DNA of 60,701 nucleotides from an uncultured delta proteobacterium (GTDB taxonomy: Bacteria > Myxococcota_A > Polyangia > Palsa-1104), in NCBI GenBank assembly GCA_963785725.1, contig CAWAWS010000012.1, positions 1 to 60,701 on the forward strand, written 5' to 3'. The notes below the pieces were generated by a model, which worked only from the letters and a program-made list of their open reading frames with translations, did no database searches and had not been told where the DNA came from. Shown piece after piece: positions 32,327 through 46,702 of the stretch. The translations under genes were made by a program, and so were the position numbers. The stretch's first letter is position 1. Every line of letters starts with the position of its first letter.

Positions 32327-32333
32327 GGCTCGC

Positions 32334-33226
<893 letters not shown>

Positions 33227-33227
<1 letters not shown>

Positions 33228-33892
33228 CAGCTCCCGAACCTTTCCTTGATCTCCAAGAACTCGAGGAACTCGCCCAAACGCCCCACTTCGGCGATGAAGA
33301 TCGAGCCCACCTGTTTTTGCAGCAGCATCGCCTTCTCCAAGCGGTCGAGGCCTTGTTTCACGTCGGTCGCGCTGGCGCCGACGAGCTCGGCCAGCTCGTC
33401 GACGGCGATGTCGATGCGCGTGCCCGGACCGTCTTGTTGCCCGCGGGTCTCGGCCAAGCTGCGCAGCTGATGCACGATGCGATGGTTCAGATCCTGCCTG
33501 AGCAGCGTCTCGACCTGCAGATTGGACTGCGACAGCCGCAGCGCCAGCTTCTTGATCATCCGCAGCGCGATCTCGGCGTTGCCGCGGATCATGGCCTCGA
33601 AGGTGCGCGCGTCGAGCACGAGCAGGTGCGCGTCCTCGAGCGCCGTCGCCGTCGCCGAGCGCGGCTGCTTGTTGATGAGCGCCATCTCGCCGAAGAACTC
33701 GCCCGCCGGCAACGTCGCCAGGTGCGCCTCTTTGCCGCGCACGCGCCGCGTCAGCTGCACCCGGCCCGACTGGATGACGTACATGTGCTTGCCGGCGTCG
33801 CCTTCGCGAAAGAGCACCGTGCCGGCGGCGTAGGTCTCGCCGAAGCGCTCGAACATGCCCGTCGCTGTGGGCCGATTGGGATCTTTGTCCAT
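33227..33892 (-). CDS. Crp/Fnr family cNMP-binding regulator
   Basis: FFGEMALI...RSATA cNMP pocket; C-terminal HTH (ELAELVGAS). Confidence 0.88.
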
Positions 33893-33911
33893 CGCTGGCT
33901 CGCCGTCCAGC

Positions 33912-34565
33912 CTAGCACTTCGCGTCCAAAGCGGCGAGCGCGCGACGCGTCGCCGGCGCCACCGACAACGGCAGCCGCAAAAGCTCGTCGCGCACGAGCT
34001 GGAGATCCTCGGGCGTGTCGACGTCGTACCACTCGGGCAGCACGACGTGCGGACGCGCGCCGATGCGCTCGAGCGTCGTCGGCAGCACCTCCGGCGTCGA
34101 CCAGCGCACGTCGCCGAACAGCTCGGGCACGGGCAGCCGCGCGCCGATCAGGTGATAGCCGCCGTCGCGCGAGGGCCCGACGACGACGTCGTGATCCATG
34201 AGCGCGTCGAGCGCCTGATGCAGGTGCGCGCGCGGCAAGGTCGGCGCGTCCGAGCCCAGAATCAGCGTCGGCCCGTCGGCGACATGCGCCAGCAGCGCGC
34301 GGCTCAGCTTGGCGCCGAGGTCGCCGTCGCCTTGCGACACCACCTGCAGCCGCTGCGACTTCGCCAAGTGCACGATGCTGACGTTCTCGACGTCGCCGGC
34401 GACCGCCAAGATCCGCCGCGCGCCCAGCCCTTGCGTCAGCTGACAGGTGTCCTCGAGGAACGCTTCATAGAGCGCCAACGCCGCCGCTTCACCGACGGCA
34501 CGCGCCAGCCGCAGCTTGACCTCGCCCAGCGCCGGCGCGCGCGCGAAAATGATGAGCGTGCTCAT
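33912..34565 (-). CDS. TIGR04282/DUF2064-type glycosyltransferase-like protein
   Basis: FARAP..G.VK.RL, QGDGDLG, GSDAP, GPSRDGGY, DVDTPEDL. Confidence 0.85.
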   Translation of the reverse strand: MSTLIIFARAPALGEVKLRLARAVGEAAALALYEAFLEDTCQLTQGLGARRILAVAGDVENVSIVHLAKSQRLQVVSQGDGDLGAKLSRALLAHVADGPTLILGSDAPTLPRAHLHQALDALMDHDVVVGPSRDGGYHLIGARLPVPELFGDVRWSTPEVLPTTLERIGARPHVVLPEWYDVDTPEDLQLVRDELLRLPLSVAPATRRALAALDAKC

Positions 34566-34664
34566 GAGGTTCTCTTTAGCATGCTAGCCGGCGTCGGCGC
34601 GGAGTCGCGCCGTCATCAAGGTGAGGCCCGACGGCTTCGCTATGCGAAGCCAGTGAGCATCGCG

Positions 34665-35360
34665 TCAGCGCGCCGTCGCGTGGCGCAAGATGGTGAAGAT
34701 GATCTTATAGGACGCGCCGACGGTGCCCTTGACGGTCTGCGAGATCTTGCTGCGGCCCGACACGCGTCGGCGATAGCTGACGGGCACTTCGGCGACGCGC
34801 AGGCCGGCGCGCGCGGCCTTGACCTGCATCTCGACCATCCAGCCGTTGCCGGTGTCGCCCATGCCGAGCGCGACCAGCGCCGGCCAGCGAATGGCGCGGA
34901 ATGGGCCGAGATCCGTATACTTTTGCCCGTAGATGCCGCGAATCAGCGACACCGCGACGCGATTGCCGACGCGCTGCTGCAGCGCGATCGACCCGGGCTC
35001 GACCTGTCCGAGCGTGCGCGAGCCGATGACGAGATCGGCCGAGCCGGCGCGGATGGGCTCGAGCAGCCACGGCAGCTCCGCTGGATCGTCGGCATAATCG
35101 GCGTCCATGAAGGCGACGACGTCGGGCGGCCGCGCTTGCGTGAACAGCTCGCGCACGCCGCGCAAACAGGCGGCGCCGTAGCCGCGCTGCGCCTCGTACA
35201 AGAGACGCGCGCCGCCGGCCACGGCGACGTTGGCGGTGCCGTCGCTCGAGCCGTTGTCGATGACGTAGATGTCGCGCACGGCCGCGCGCGGAATCGCCGC
35301 CAACACGAGCGGCAGCGCGCCCTCTTCGTTGAGCGCGGGGATGAGGACGTCGACGATCAT
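34665..35360 (-). CDS. GT2 family glycosyltransferase
   Basis: IPALNEE, DNGSSDGT, GYGAAC, DAD, TDLGPFRAI. Confidence 0.9.
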   Translation of the reverse strand: MIVDVLIPALNEEGALPLVLAAIPRAAVRDIYVIDNGSSDGTANVAVAGGARLLYEAQRGYGAACLRGVRELFTQARPPDVVAFMDADYADDPAELPWLLEPIRAGSADLVIGSRTLGQVEPGSIALQQRVGNRVAVSLIRGIYGQKYTDLGPFRAIRWPALVALGMGDTGNGWMVEMQVKAARAGLRVAEVPVSYRRRVSGRSKISQTVKGTVGASYKIIFTILRHATAR

Positions 35361-35431
35361 GCGTTCGTCTGACCTCCGTCGGAGGTCAACGAGCCCGACC
35401 GTCGATCGGCTGGCCCGACCGGCCGGACACC

Positions 35432-35457
35432 CACGTTCGCTCGCTTCCGGTCGCTCA
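35432..35457 (-). repeat. REP-like 26-mer TGAGCGACCGGAAGCGAGCGAACGTG, copy 2
   Basis: 24/26 identical to 16152-16177; begins at the stop codon of the RMD1-like gene. Confidence 0.6.
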
Positions 35458-36249
35458 CGAGTGGCCGGTCGTGGTCAGGACTTGCCAGATCATGATGGCG
35501 ATCTCGAGCGCGATCAGCACCGCCACCGCCATCTCCAGCGCGAAGGTGTGCCGTTGCCGCGCCAAGTCGACGAGCAGCACCAGGTTGTCCTGGAACATTC
35601 GCAGCTTCACGTCGAGCGCGCGATAGCGATCGTCGAGCTCCAGCATCTTGCGCAGGCCGTTCCATAGTCGATCGAGCTGCTCGTTCTCCCAAGTCGCGTC
35701 CGGCTTGTCAAACAATGCCAGCGTCGACAAGACGTCGTTGCGGGTGGCGATGCACAAGCCGATGAACTGGATGGTCGGCCGGACGCGCGTCGGCTTGCCG
35801 GCGTTGCGCAGCTCGTTGGCGATGCGGTCGGTCTCGGCTTCGATCTCGGCGACGTCGTCGGCGTAATAGTCCATCGCCACCGACTGCGCCAGCACCTCGG
35901 CCACGATATCGATGGCGCCCAGCTCCAGCGCCGGCAAGACGACGCGATCGAAGCGCACTTCCATCGGCCGCTCGGGCGCGATCTCGATCGAGAACGTCTC
36001 CGTCAGCGGCGGATGCGGCTCGCCGGTCAGCCGCTTGGCCACGGCGTCCACGAGCCGCTGGCACTCCGCCTCGGCGACGCCGATGAACACCAGCGAGCCG
36101 AAGTCGTACACGAGCCCCCAGCGATCGGGGCCGAGCGGCGCCAGCAGCCGATCCTTCTCGACGCGCGCCTCGGGGCCGAAAATAGGCAGCAGGTCCTTCA
36201 GCTTCAGCGTCGAGGCGAAGCTGTAGGCCTGCACGGGAATGAGCGGCAT
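35455..36249 (-). CDS. RMD1/DUF155 family protein
   Basis: YDFGSLVF, LAQSVAMDYY, LFDKPD.TWE, ELDDRY, C-terminal TM LE..V..LI..E. Confidence 0.85.
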   Translation of the reverse strand: MPLIPVQAYSFASTLKLKDLLPIFGPEARVEKDRLLAPLGPDRWGLVYDFGSLVFIGVAEAECQRLVDAVAKRLTGEPHPPLTETFSIEIAPERPMEVRFDRVVLPALELGAIDIVAEVLAQSVAMDYYADDVAEIEAETDRIANELRNAGKPTRVRPTIQFIGLCIATRNDVLSTLALFDKPDATWENEQLDRLWNGLRKMLELDDRYRALDVKLRMFQDNLVLLVDLARQRHTFALEMAVAVLIALEIAIMIWQVLTTTGHS

Positions 36250-36264
36250 GACTGAGAGCTTTAG

Positions 36265-37197
36265 TTACGGACGCGGCAGAATCACGTGCAGACGCGCCAT
36301 CGCCGACCAGTCGCCCGACGCTGGATAGGCCGGCTGCCAGGGCGCGATCGGCTGCCACGAGGCCTGCGACGCGCGGCGAATCGCCAGCTGCTTGACGCGC
36401 TTGTTGCGCACGATCACGATGTCGCCCGGCTCCGGCTGCGCGTCGAGCACGAAGCCGAGGAGCGCGCCTTTGGGCCAGCCTTCGCCGAGCGTGCCGTCGC
36501 CGAGCTTGACGCCGAAGTGGGCCGTCGTGCCGACGCGCTCGAGGTCGCCGCCGAAGCGCTCGCCCGACTTGCCTTCGAACGTCAAGATCGGCCCCGAAAG
36601 CAGCGCCGTCTGTAAGGATCCGAGCGCGGCGCCGGCGGCGTCCTTGCCTTCGCGGGCGGAGCGCAGGCCGGGCATGTCGGTCGGACGGATGCCGAGCACC
36701 TTGGCCAAGAGCACGACATGATCGTAGACGAGCCGATGCTGCCCGTTCGTGCCTTCGAAGCGCACGAGCTCGTCCTCGTCGATGCCGGTGAGCGCCGCCA
36801 CTTGCGCCAGCGACAGGCCGATCTGCTCGCGCTTGCGCTGGAACACCTTCATGAGCGTCGGTGACAGCCGGCGCGACGACGACGGCTTGGGCGGCCAATC
36901 GCCGCGATAGATCGTCGGCTCGTCGAGCAGCTCCTCGTCGCCATCGTCGCCGTCGTCATCGCGATCGAGGTCGAGCTCGGACGAGACGGTGTCGTGCGGA
37001 TCGGCCGGCACGGTCACGGGCGCGCCATCGATCGACGTGGCGGTGGCCTCGCCGAGCCCGACGCGCGCCGTGTCGTGGAGCAGCGCGTCCCGCAAATTGG
37101 GCCCATCGATCGAGGTCGGCCCGTCGTCACCCACATGCTTGCCGGGGTCGCTGGGACGCCTGTCGCGCGGGCCGTTCGAAGAAGACGAGCGGGTCAC
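36265..37197 (-). CDS. XRE-family HTH regulator with acidic N-terminal extension and degenerate S24-like C-terminus
   Basis: KREQIGLSLAQVAALTGI....L.RFE HTH; C-terminal PEPGDIVIV. Confidence 0.7.
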   Translation of the reverse strand: MTRSSSSNGPRDRRPSDPGKHVGDDGPTSIDGPNLRDALLHDTARVGLGEATATSIDGAPVTVPADPHDTVSSELDLDRDDDGDDGDEELLDEPTIYRGDWPPKPSSSRRLSPTLMKVFQRKREQIGLSLAQVAALTGIDEDELVRFEGTNGQHRLVYDHVVLLAKVLGIRPTDMPGLRSAREGKDAAGAALGSLQTALLSGPILTFEGKSGERFGGDLERVGTTAHFGVKLGDGTLGEGWPKGALLGFVLDAQPEPGDIVIVRNKRVKQLAIRRASQASWQPIAPWQPAYPASGDWSAMARLHVILPRP

Positions 37198-37293
37198 ACC
37201 TCAGGGTAGCCGTGAAGCTCGGCGATAATCAAGCTTGCAAGCGCCGCCACATTCCGCCTTGGAAACAAAATGATCGCCAATGCGTAAGCGTGT

Positions 37294-37322
37294 TTGACAC
37301 CCAATCGGCTCCTCTCTATATT
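37294..37322 (+). promoter_or_regulatory. Sigma70-type promoter of the nuo operon
   Basis: TTGACA-17 bp-TATATT, 8 nt before the nuoA ATG. Confidence 0.8.
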
Positions 37323-37330
37323 CCCGCGCG

Positions 37331-37722
37331 ATGGCCGTCACGTACAGCCCGATCCTGGTCGCGATCCTGTTTGCCGTCGGCTTCGCGCTCGTGTTCCTGG
37401 CGCTCGCGATGTTCATGGGCCCCAAACACGAGACCGCCGAGAAGCTGGCGCCGTTCGAGTGCGGCTCGGAACCGATCGGCTCACCGCGCGTGCGCTTCTC
37501 GGTCAAGTTCTACCAAGTCGCGATCCTCTTCTTGGTGTTCGATATCGAGTCCGCCTTCCTTTATCCGTGGGCAGTCCTATATCGGAAATTGTCGTGCACC
37601 GGCGCGCTCGTCGGCACGATTTGCTCGTCGGGGATCACCTTCTTCGGGCTCGCCGAGATGGTCGTCTTCATCGCCATCCTCGTCGTGGGCCTGGCCTACG
37701 TCTGGAGAAAAAAGGCAATCGG

Positions 37723-37732
<10 letters not shown>
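37331..37732 (+). CDS. nuoA: NADH:quinone oxidoreductase subunit A
   Basis: PFECG, FYQVAILFLVFDIE..FLYPWA. Confidence 0.95.
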
Positions 37733-38243
<511 letters not shown>

Positions 38244-38244
<1 letters not shown>

Positions 38245-38744
38245 TGTCGATTGAGGCGCTGGCGCGCGCACAAGAGCTTCTCGGGCCGCACGTGTTGTCG
38301 ACGCACTCGCATCGCGGCGACGACACGCTCGTCATCGAAGCGACGCAGATCCATTTGGCGCTGCGGACGCTGCGCGACGACCCGACGCTGTTCATGAACT
38401 TCCTCGTCGACATCACGGCGGTCGACTATCTCGGCAAGGATTTCCGCTTCGAGGTCGTCTACCACCTGCGCTCGTTCAAGACGGGCGCTCGGCTGCGCGT
38501 CAAGGCGCCGCTCGTCGATCCCGAAGACGGCTCCAATCCCGTCATCGATTCGGCCTGTGATTTGTGGGCCAGCGCGAACTGGTTCGAGCGCGAGATCTGG
38601 GATCTCTACGGCATCAAGTTCACGAACCATCCCGATCTGCGCCGCATCCTGATGTACGAAGAGTTCGTCGGTCACCCGCTGCGCAAAGACTATCCCAAAG
38701 AGAAGCGCCAGCCGCTCGTACGCCGTCCGCCCGACGAGGTCTAA
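38244..38744 (+). CDS. nuoC: NADH:quinone oxidoreductase subunit C
   Basis: ANWFEREIWDLYG..F..HPDLRRIL, GHPLRKDYP. Confidence 0.95.
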
Positions 38745-38752
38745 AACCGAAT

Positions 38753-39994
38753 ATGGCTGAACAGCGAAAGATGGTCCTCGGCATTCAGGATGTCGAGGAT
38801 TACGCAGACGAAGACGATATGCCGTCCGAGCCCATGACGTTGAACATGGGCCCTTCGCACCCGGCGACGCACGGCACGGTCCGCATCATCCTCACCGTCG
38901 AGGGCGAGACGGTCAAAGACGCCGACGTGCAGGTCGGCTATCTGCACCGCTGCTTCGAGAAGGAATCGGAGCACGCGACCTATACGCAGATCTTCCCGTA
39001 CACCGATCGCCTCAACTACGTCTCGCCGATGTGCAACAACGTCGGTTACGCATTGGCGGTCGAGAAGCTACTCGGCATCGTCGAGAAGATCCCGGAGCGC
39101 GCGCAGTTCATCCGCGTGATCGTGTCCGAGATGTCGCGCATCGCCGACCACTTGACGTGCATGTCGGCCGGCTCGATGGAGCTCGGCGCCATGACGATCT
39201 ACTTCTGGGGCATCAAGGCCCGCGAGTGGATCTGGGAGCTGCTCGAGGAATTATCGGGCGCGCGCATGACCCACAGCTACGTGCGCGTCGGCGGCCTCGC
39301 CTATGATCTGACGCCCCACTTCGCCGAGAAGGTGTTGGCGCTGTTCCCGAAGATCGAGAAGGTCTTGAAGGACATCGGCGACTCGGTCCTCGAGAACCGC
39401 ATCTTCCGCGACCGCATGGACGGCACCGGGATGATCACGCAGGAGCGCGCGCTCAGCTACGGCTGGACGGGCCCGACCTTGCGCTCGACCGGCATCGACT
39501 ACGACGTGCGCAAGGCGCATCCGTATCTCGTCTACGACCGCTTCGACTTCGACGTGCCCGTCGGCTCGAAGGGCGACAACTTCGACCGCTTCATCGTGCG
39601 GCTCGAGGAAGTGCACCAGTCGATCCGCATTCTCAAGCAGGCGTTCGCGCAGATTCCCGAGGGGCCGGTTTGCCTCGACGATCCGCGCATCATCTTGCCG
39701 CCCAAGAGCGAGGTCTACAACTCGATCGAGGGCATGATCTCGCACTTCAAGATCATCGTCGACGGCGTCAAGGTGCCGGCGGGCGAAGTCTACAGCTACA
39801 CCGAAGGCGGCAACGGCGAGCTCGGCTTCTACATCGTCAGTGATGGCAGCGGCCGACCCTACAAGTGCCGGGTGCGCGGGCCGTGCTTCATCATCACCTC
39901 GGCGTTGCAGGAAATGATCATCAACAAGCCGGTCGCCGACATCGTGCCGACGTTCGACATGATGAACATGATCGGCGGCGAGTGCGATCGATGA
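38753..39994 (+). CDS. nuoD: NADH:quinone oxidoreductase subunit D
   Basis: NMGPSHPATHG, GYLHR..EK, DRLNY, C-terminal GECDR. Confidence 0.95.
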   Translation: MAEQRKMVLGIQDVEDYADEDDMPSEPMTLNMGPSHPATHGTVRIILTVEGETVKDADVQVGYLHRCFEKESEHATYTQIFPYTDRLNYVSPMCNNVGYALAVEKLLGIVEKIPERAQFIRVIVSEMSRIADHLTCMSAGSMELGAMTIYFWGIKAREWIWELLEELSGARMTHSYVRVGGLAYDLTPHFAEKVLALFPKIEKVLKDIGDSVLENRIFRDRMDGTGMITQERALSYGWTGPTLRSTGIDYDVRKAHPYLVYDRFDFDVPVGSKGDNFDRFIVRLEEVHQSIRILKQAFAQIPEGPVCLDDPRIILPPKSEVYNSIEGMISHFKIIVDGVKVPAGEVYSYTEGGNGELGFYIVSDGSGRPYKCRVRGPCFIITSALQEMIINKPVADIVPTFDMMNMIGGECDR

Positions 39995-40008
39995 AGAGCG
40001 AAATCTAA

Positions 40009-41649
<1,641 letters not shown>

Positions 41650-41655
41650 TCGACG

Positions 41656-42893
<1,238 letters not shown>

Positions 42894-42894
<1 letters not shown>

Positions 42895-43475
42895 TGCCGA
42901 CTGTCGACAACGAAATCGGGTTCCGCAAGCGGACCTCGAAGGCCGGCGTCATCGTGGCGCAGCGGCCGGAGACGCTGGCGAAGAAGACGTGGCTGCCGGC
43001 GCTCGCCCGCGGCCTGGGCGTGACGATGCGCCACTTCTTCACCAACGTCACGACGGGCGCAGATATCGCGACCGTGCAGTACCCCGAAGAGAAGGTGCAC
43101 TATCCCGAGCGTTATCGCGGCCTGCATCGGCTGATGCTGCGCGATGACGGCTCGGTCCGCTGCGTCGCCTGCATGTGCTGCCCGACGGTGTGCCCGGCGC
43201 ATTGCATCACCATCGTCGCCGAAGAGACCGGCAACGCGGCCGAGAAGCGCCCGGCGATCTTCGAGATCGACGAGCTGCGCTGCGTGGTCTGCGGCCTGTG
43301 CGTCGAAGCCTGCCCGTGCGACGCCATCCGCATGGACACCGGCATCCACGCCTCGCCGTCCGAGAAGCGCTACGAAGCCGTGCTCGGCAAGAACGACCTC
43401 ATGAGTCGCGGCACGCTCTCGATCGCCACGCAAGGCGGCGCGAAGGACTGGCGCGACACCGACAAGACGCCGTAA
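42894..43475 (+). CDS. nuoI: NADH:quinone oxidoreductase subunit I
   Basis: YPEE, two CxxCxxCxxxCP ferredoxin motifs. Confidence 0.93.
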
Positions 43476-43682
43476 TCAGCACCGCCTCCGCTTCGCAGTA
43501 ACGCCCTTTCGGTTCTCCCCCACTCCCAAGCCAAACAGAGACTGCGCCGGCGCTGCGCTGGCAGCAGTCCTGGGGTACGACTTAGAATCCGGAGGATGGT
43601 GGGCTCGGCGGAATTTCCCCCGGCCGCCCATCCCCAGTTATCGCCACAGCTGCCAAGAAGTTGCGTCGCGCTCCCGGTCCCC

Positions 43683-43719
43683 AAAAGAAAAACGGCGCAA
43701 CCGAAGTCGCGCCGCTTTT
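43683..43719 (-). terminator. Rho-independent terminator of the 6S-like RNA (possibly bidirectional)
   Basis: Minus strand CGGCGCGAC-TTCG-GTTGCGCCG followed by TTTTTCTTTT. Confidence 0.8.
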
Positions 43720-43721
43720 GG

Positions 43722-43908
43722 ACTGCCGCCTACCGTCCATCCGATGGATGAGAAGTTTGAACCCCTACATCATAGTAGGTGGGCTCGACAGATAACTGAT
43801 ATGGGCTTCCCGACTAGCGGGTATGCACGCCTCAGCCAGCGGCCAATCCCGGGTTCATGGTCGTAGGGAAAAAACAATCTCCTCCTGTCGAGATGAACAG
43901 ACAGCGCA
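43722..43908 (-). ncRNA. ssrS: 6S RNA
   Basis: ~187 nt; 5' GCUGUCUGUUC pairs with 3' GACGGUAGGCGGC; 6S-like motifs UGAACC, GUGCAU..GGGAAGCC, CCCACCU...GGGUUCAA; TATAAT at 43919-43914; terminator downstream. Confidence 0.75.
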
Positions 43909-44043
43909 ACTTCATTATAACCGCTTCCCCGCAGCGCGCCAGGGGTCAACAAGGCACTTCGACTGCGACATCGCGTCGCAGTCGAAGTCCGATAAGCGCT
44001 TAAATGTAAGCTTGAAATTTACGATCGAGGCGAGCCGAAAAAC

Positions 44044-45513
44044 TCAGCGAGTCTGGTGGAGCGAGAGCACGCCGACGTAGCCGAAGCCCATCGTGAACAG
44101 CAGCATGAACGGCAACGACACGTAGTGGCCGGCGTTGACGGCGATGACGCTGGCGACCGCGAAGTAGACCGCGAACAGCACCTCGACGAACGGGATGAGC
44201 GTCTTGGTGGCGCGATACTTCTTCGCCGTCCAGCCCTCGAAGCGGCGGACGACGCCATGCTTCGGCGTGCGCACGAACTCGCCCGACTCCGAGTCGAACA
44301 AGGCCTCGATGACGGCGCGCGTCTGGTTGATGCACAGGCCGATGCCGAGCGACATCATGAGCGGCAAGCGGCGCAAGGTCGGCTTCCAGTTCCGCTGAAT
44401 CTCGCGCTGCGACGTGATGTAGAAGCTGGCGATCGACAGCGTCGTGCCGAAGAAGAGCGGCAGGTCGATGAGCAGCACTTCGCGCCAGCCGTGATGCGTG
44501 CGCACGAGCAGGTTCGGCAACAGCAGGATCGAGAGCAGCAGCAACAGCGGATAGGCGAAGTTGTTCGTGAGGTGGAAGAACGCCTCCAGCTTCACGCTGA
44601 ACGAGATGTCCTTGTTGCGCCAGATCGTCGGCAGCAGCTTCTTGGCGATCTGGATCGAGCCCTTGGCCCAGCGGGACTGCTGCGACTTGAAGGCGTTCAT
44701 CTCGACCGGCAGCTCGGCGCGGCGACACGACGTCGGGCAGGTAGACGAACTGCCAGCCCTTGAGCTGCGCGCGGTACGAGAGGTCCATGTCCTCGGTCAG
44801 CGTGTCGTGCTGCCAGCCGCCGGCGTCGACGATGGCCGACGGCGCCAGATGCCCGCGGTGCCGTTGAAGTTGAAGAAGCGGCCCGAGCGGTTGCGCGCGG
44901 TGTGCTCGATGACGAAGTGGCCGTCGAGCATCATGGCCTGCAGCCTGCGGTGAGGCGCGAGAAGTCGCGGTTGACGTGATCCCAGCGAACCTGGACCATG
45001 CCGACCTTCTGGTTCGTGAAGAAGTGGATCGTGCGGTCGAGGAAGTCCGCCGGCGGCACGAAGTCGGCGTCGAACACCATGACGAACTCGCCGCTCGCCG
45101 ACTTGAGGCCGTGCTCGAGCGCGCCCGCCTTGAAGCCGGTGCGATCGGTGCGGTGGATGTAGACGATGTCGAGGCCGGTGGCGCGCCAGCTCCTCGACCT
45201 TGGCCTTGCAGATCTGCTGCGTCTCGTCGGTGGAGTCGTCGAGCACCTGGATCTCGAGCTGCTCGCGCGGGTAATCGAGCAGCGCGACGGAGTCGAGCAG
45301 GCGCGCCGCGACGTACATCTCGTTGAAGAGCGGCAGCTGCATCGTGACCACCGGCAGCTCCGTGAAGCGCGTCGCCGGCGATGGATCGGCGCCGCGGCTG
45401 CGATAGTAGAGGTACATCAACATCGAGCGATGAAAGCCGTATGTCGCAAGCGTCAAGAGCACGGCCAGGTAGGTCGTGATGAGGACGTTTTCGAGAGTAA
45501 ACCAATGCGTCAT
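44044..45513 (-). CDS. Membrane GT2 (cellulose synthase-like, D,D,D,QxxRW), frameshifted at ~45186, 44950, 44840 and 44720
   Basis: [37 protein letters not shown] spread over several frames. Confidence 0.85.
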
Positions 45514-45621
45514 GCGCCCGGTTATAGGCCAAGAATTGTCATTCAATTGTAATACTATGTAATCTTTTGTATCAGAAGTGCCCGTAGCCATTGGGAAAAT
45601 CATTGCCTCTTGACTTCGCTG

Positions 45622-45657
45622 ACGCGATGCGCAAGATTTTACCCTAACGCATCGCGT
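45622..45657. promoter_or_regulatory. Inverted repeat ACGCGATGCG-N16-CGCATCGCGT over the promoter of the phasin-like gene
   Basis: Perfect 10-bp arms; TTGACT at 45610; SD AGGAGG follows. Confidence 0.55.
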
Positions 45658-45679
45658 TACCGACTTAGGAGGCAAGCAT

Positions 45680-46009
45680 ATGGCGACGGTGAGTGACAAG
45701 GTAAAGGGGACTTTCTCGACGGCAAAGCTGCAGTTCGAGGGCTTCGAGAAGAAGGCGGTCAAGCAGGTCGAGCTGCTCGAGAAGCGCGCCAAAGATTCGC
45801 TCGGCGACGTCAAAGAGCAGCTGGACGGCGTGCCGGTGCAGCTGCGCGGGGCGTGGGCGGAGGTCATCGGTCGCGTGCGCGGCGCGCTCGACTTCGCCTC
45901 GAACGAGGATCTGAAGAAGCTGACGCTCAAGGTCGACGACCTGGCCAAGAAGGTCGAGAAGCTGCTCCGCGGCGACAAGATCAAGAGCTCGGTCGCGTCG
46001 AAGAAGTAA
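45680..46009 (+). CDS. Phasin-like (PHA granule-associated type) coiled-coil protein
   Basis: Strong SD; LDFASNEDLKKLTLKVDDL resembles the phasin_2/PhaF helix. Confidence 0.6.
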   Translation: MATVSDKVKGTFSTAKLQFEGFEKKAVKQVELLEKRAKDSLGDVKEQLDGVPVQLRGAWAEVIGRVRGALDFASNEDLKKLTLKVDDLAKKVEKLLRGDKIKSSVASKK

Positions 46010-46156
46010 GCTCGTTTTTCGCTGCAACTCGGGGCGCGCGCGCCGGCGTTTGATCGTCGGGCGCGCGTTCGCGTTTTGGGCGGTCGGCGTGTGCGGCCGA
46101 TCAGGTCGGCACCAGAGGCCCGACGCGGTCGCGGTGAGCATGCTACGCTGAAGATC

Positions 46157-46702
46157 ATGCGCTGGTCGGTGTTGGCGATTGTTCCCTGTCTGGCGTCGGT
46201 GGCACAGGCCACGGTGCTGATGCCGCTCGACACGGCGGCGTTGACGGCGCGCGCCGATCGCGTCGTGCTCGGCACCGTCGAGACGTCCGAGGCGCACTGG
46301 AGCGCCGATCATAAGTCCATCTACACCGACGTGACGTTGCGCGTGGCCAAGGTCTACAAAGGCGACGCCAGCGTCGGCGGTACGATCGTCGTGCGGCGTG
46401 AAGGCGGCAGCATCGACGGCGTCGGCATGCGCGTATTCGGCGCCGCCAGCTTCACGCTCGGCGAAGAGGTCGTCGTCTTCACCGAGCAGCGCGGCGCCGC
46501 CAGCTACACCGTCGGCATGACGCAGGGCAAGCTGCGCGTCGTCCTCGGCGCCGACGGCATCAAGCGCGTCGCCGCCGACTTGAGCGCGGTGGCGTTCGTC
46601 GACAAATCGGGCGCCATCGTGCACGACGGCGTGACGCGCGGGCCGCGGCCGCTCGACGACTTCGAGCGCGAGGTCCGCGGCTACGTCGGGAACGGCAAGT
46701 GA
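46157..46702 (+). CDS. Secreted protein, possible TIMP/NTR-like OB fold
   Basis: Signal ending AQA; ADRVVLGTV...TLRVAKVYKG. Confidence 0.65.
   Translation: MRWSVLAIVPCLASVAQATVLMPLDTAALTARADRVVLGTVETSEAHWSADHKSIYTDVTLRVAKVYKGDASVGGTIVVRREGGSIDGVGMRVFGAASFTLGEEVVVFTEQRGAASYTVGMTQGKLRVVLGADGIKRVAADLSAVAFVDKSGAIVHDGVTRGPRPLDDFEREVRGYVGNGK

Noticed and set aside
36265..37197. Prophage marker (CI-like repressor)
   Set aside because: No integrase, structural or other phage genes nearby
43770..43952. 60-aa ORF over the 6S region
   Set aside because: Poor codon bias, and it spans the promoter; the RNA interpretation fits better
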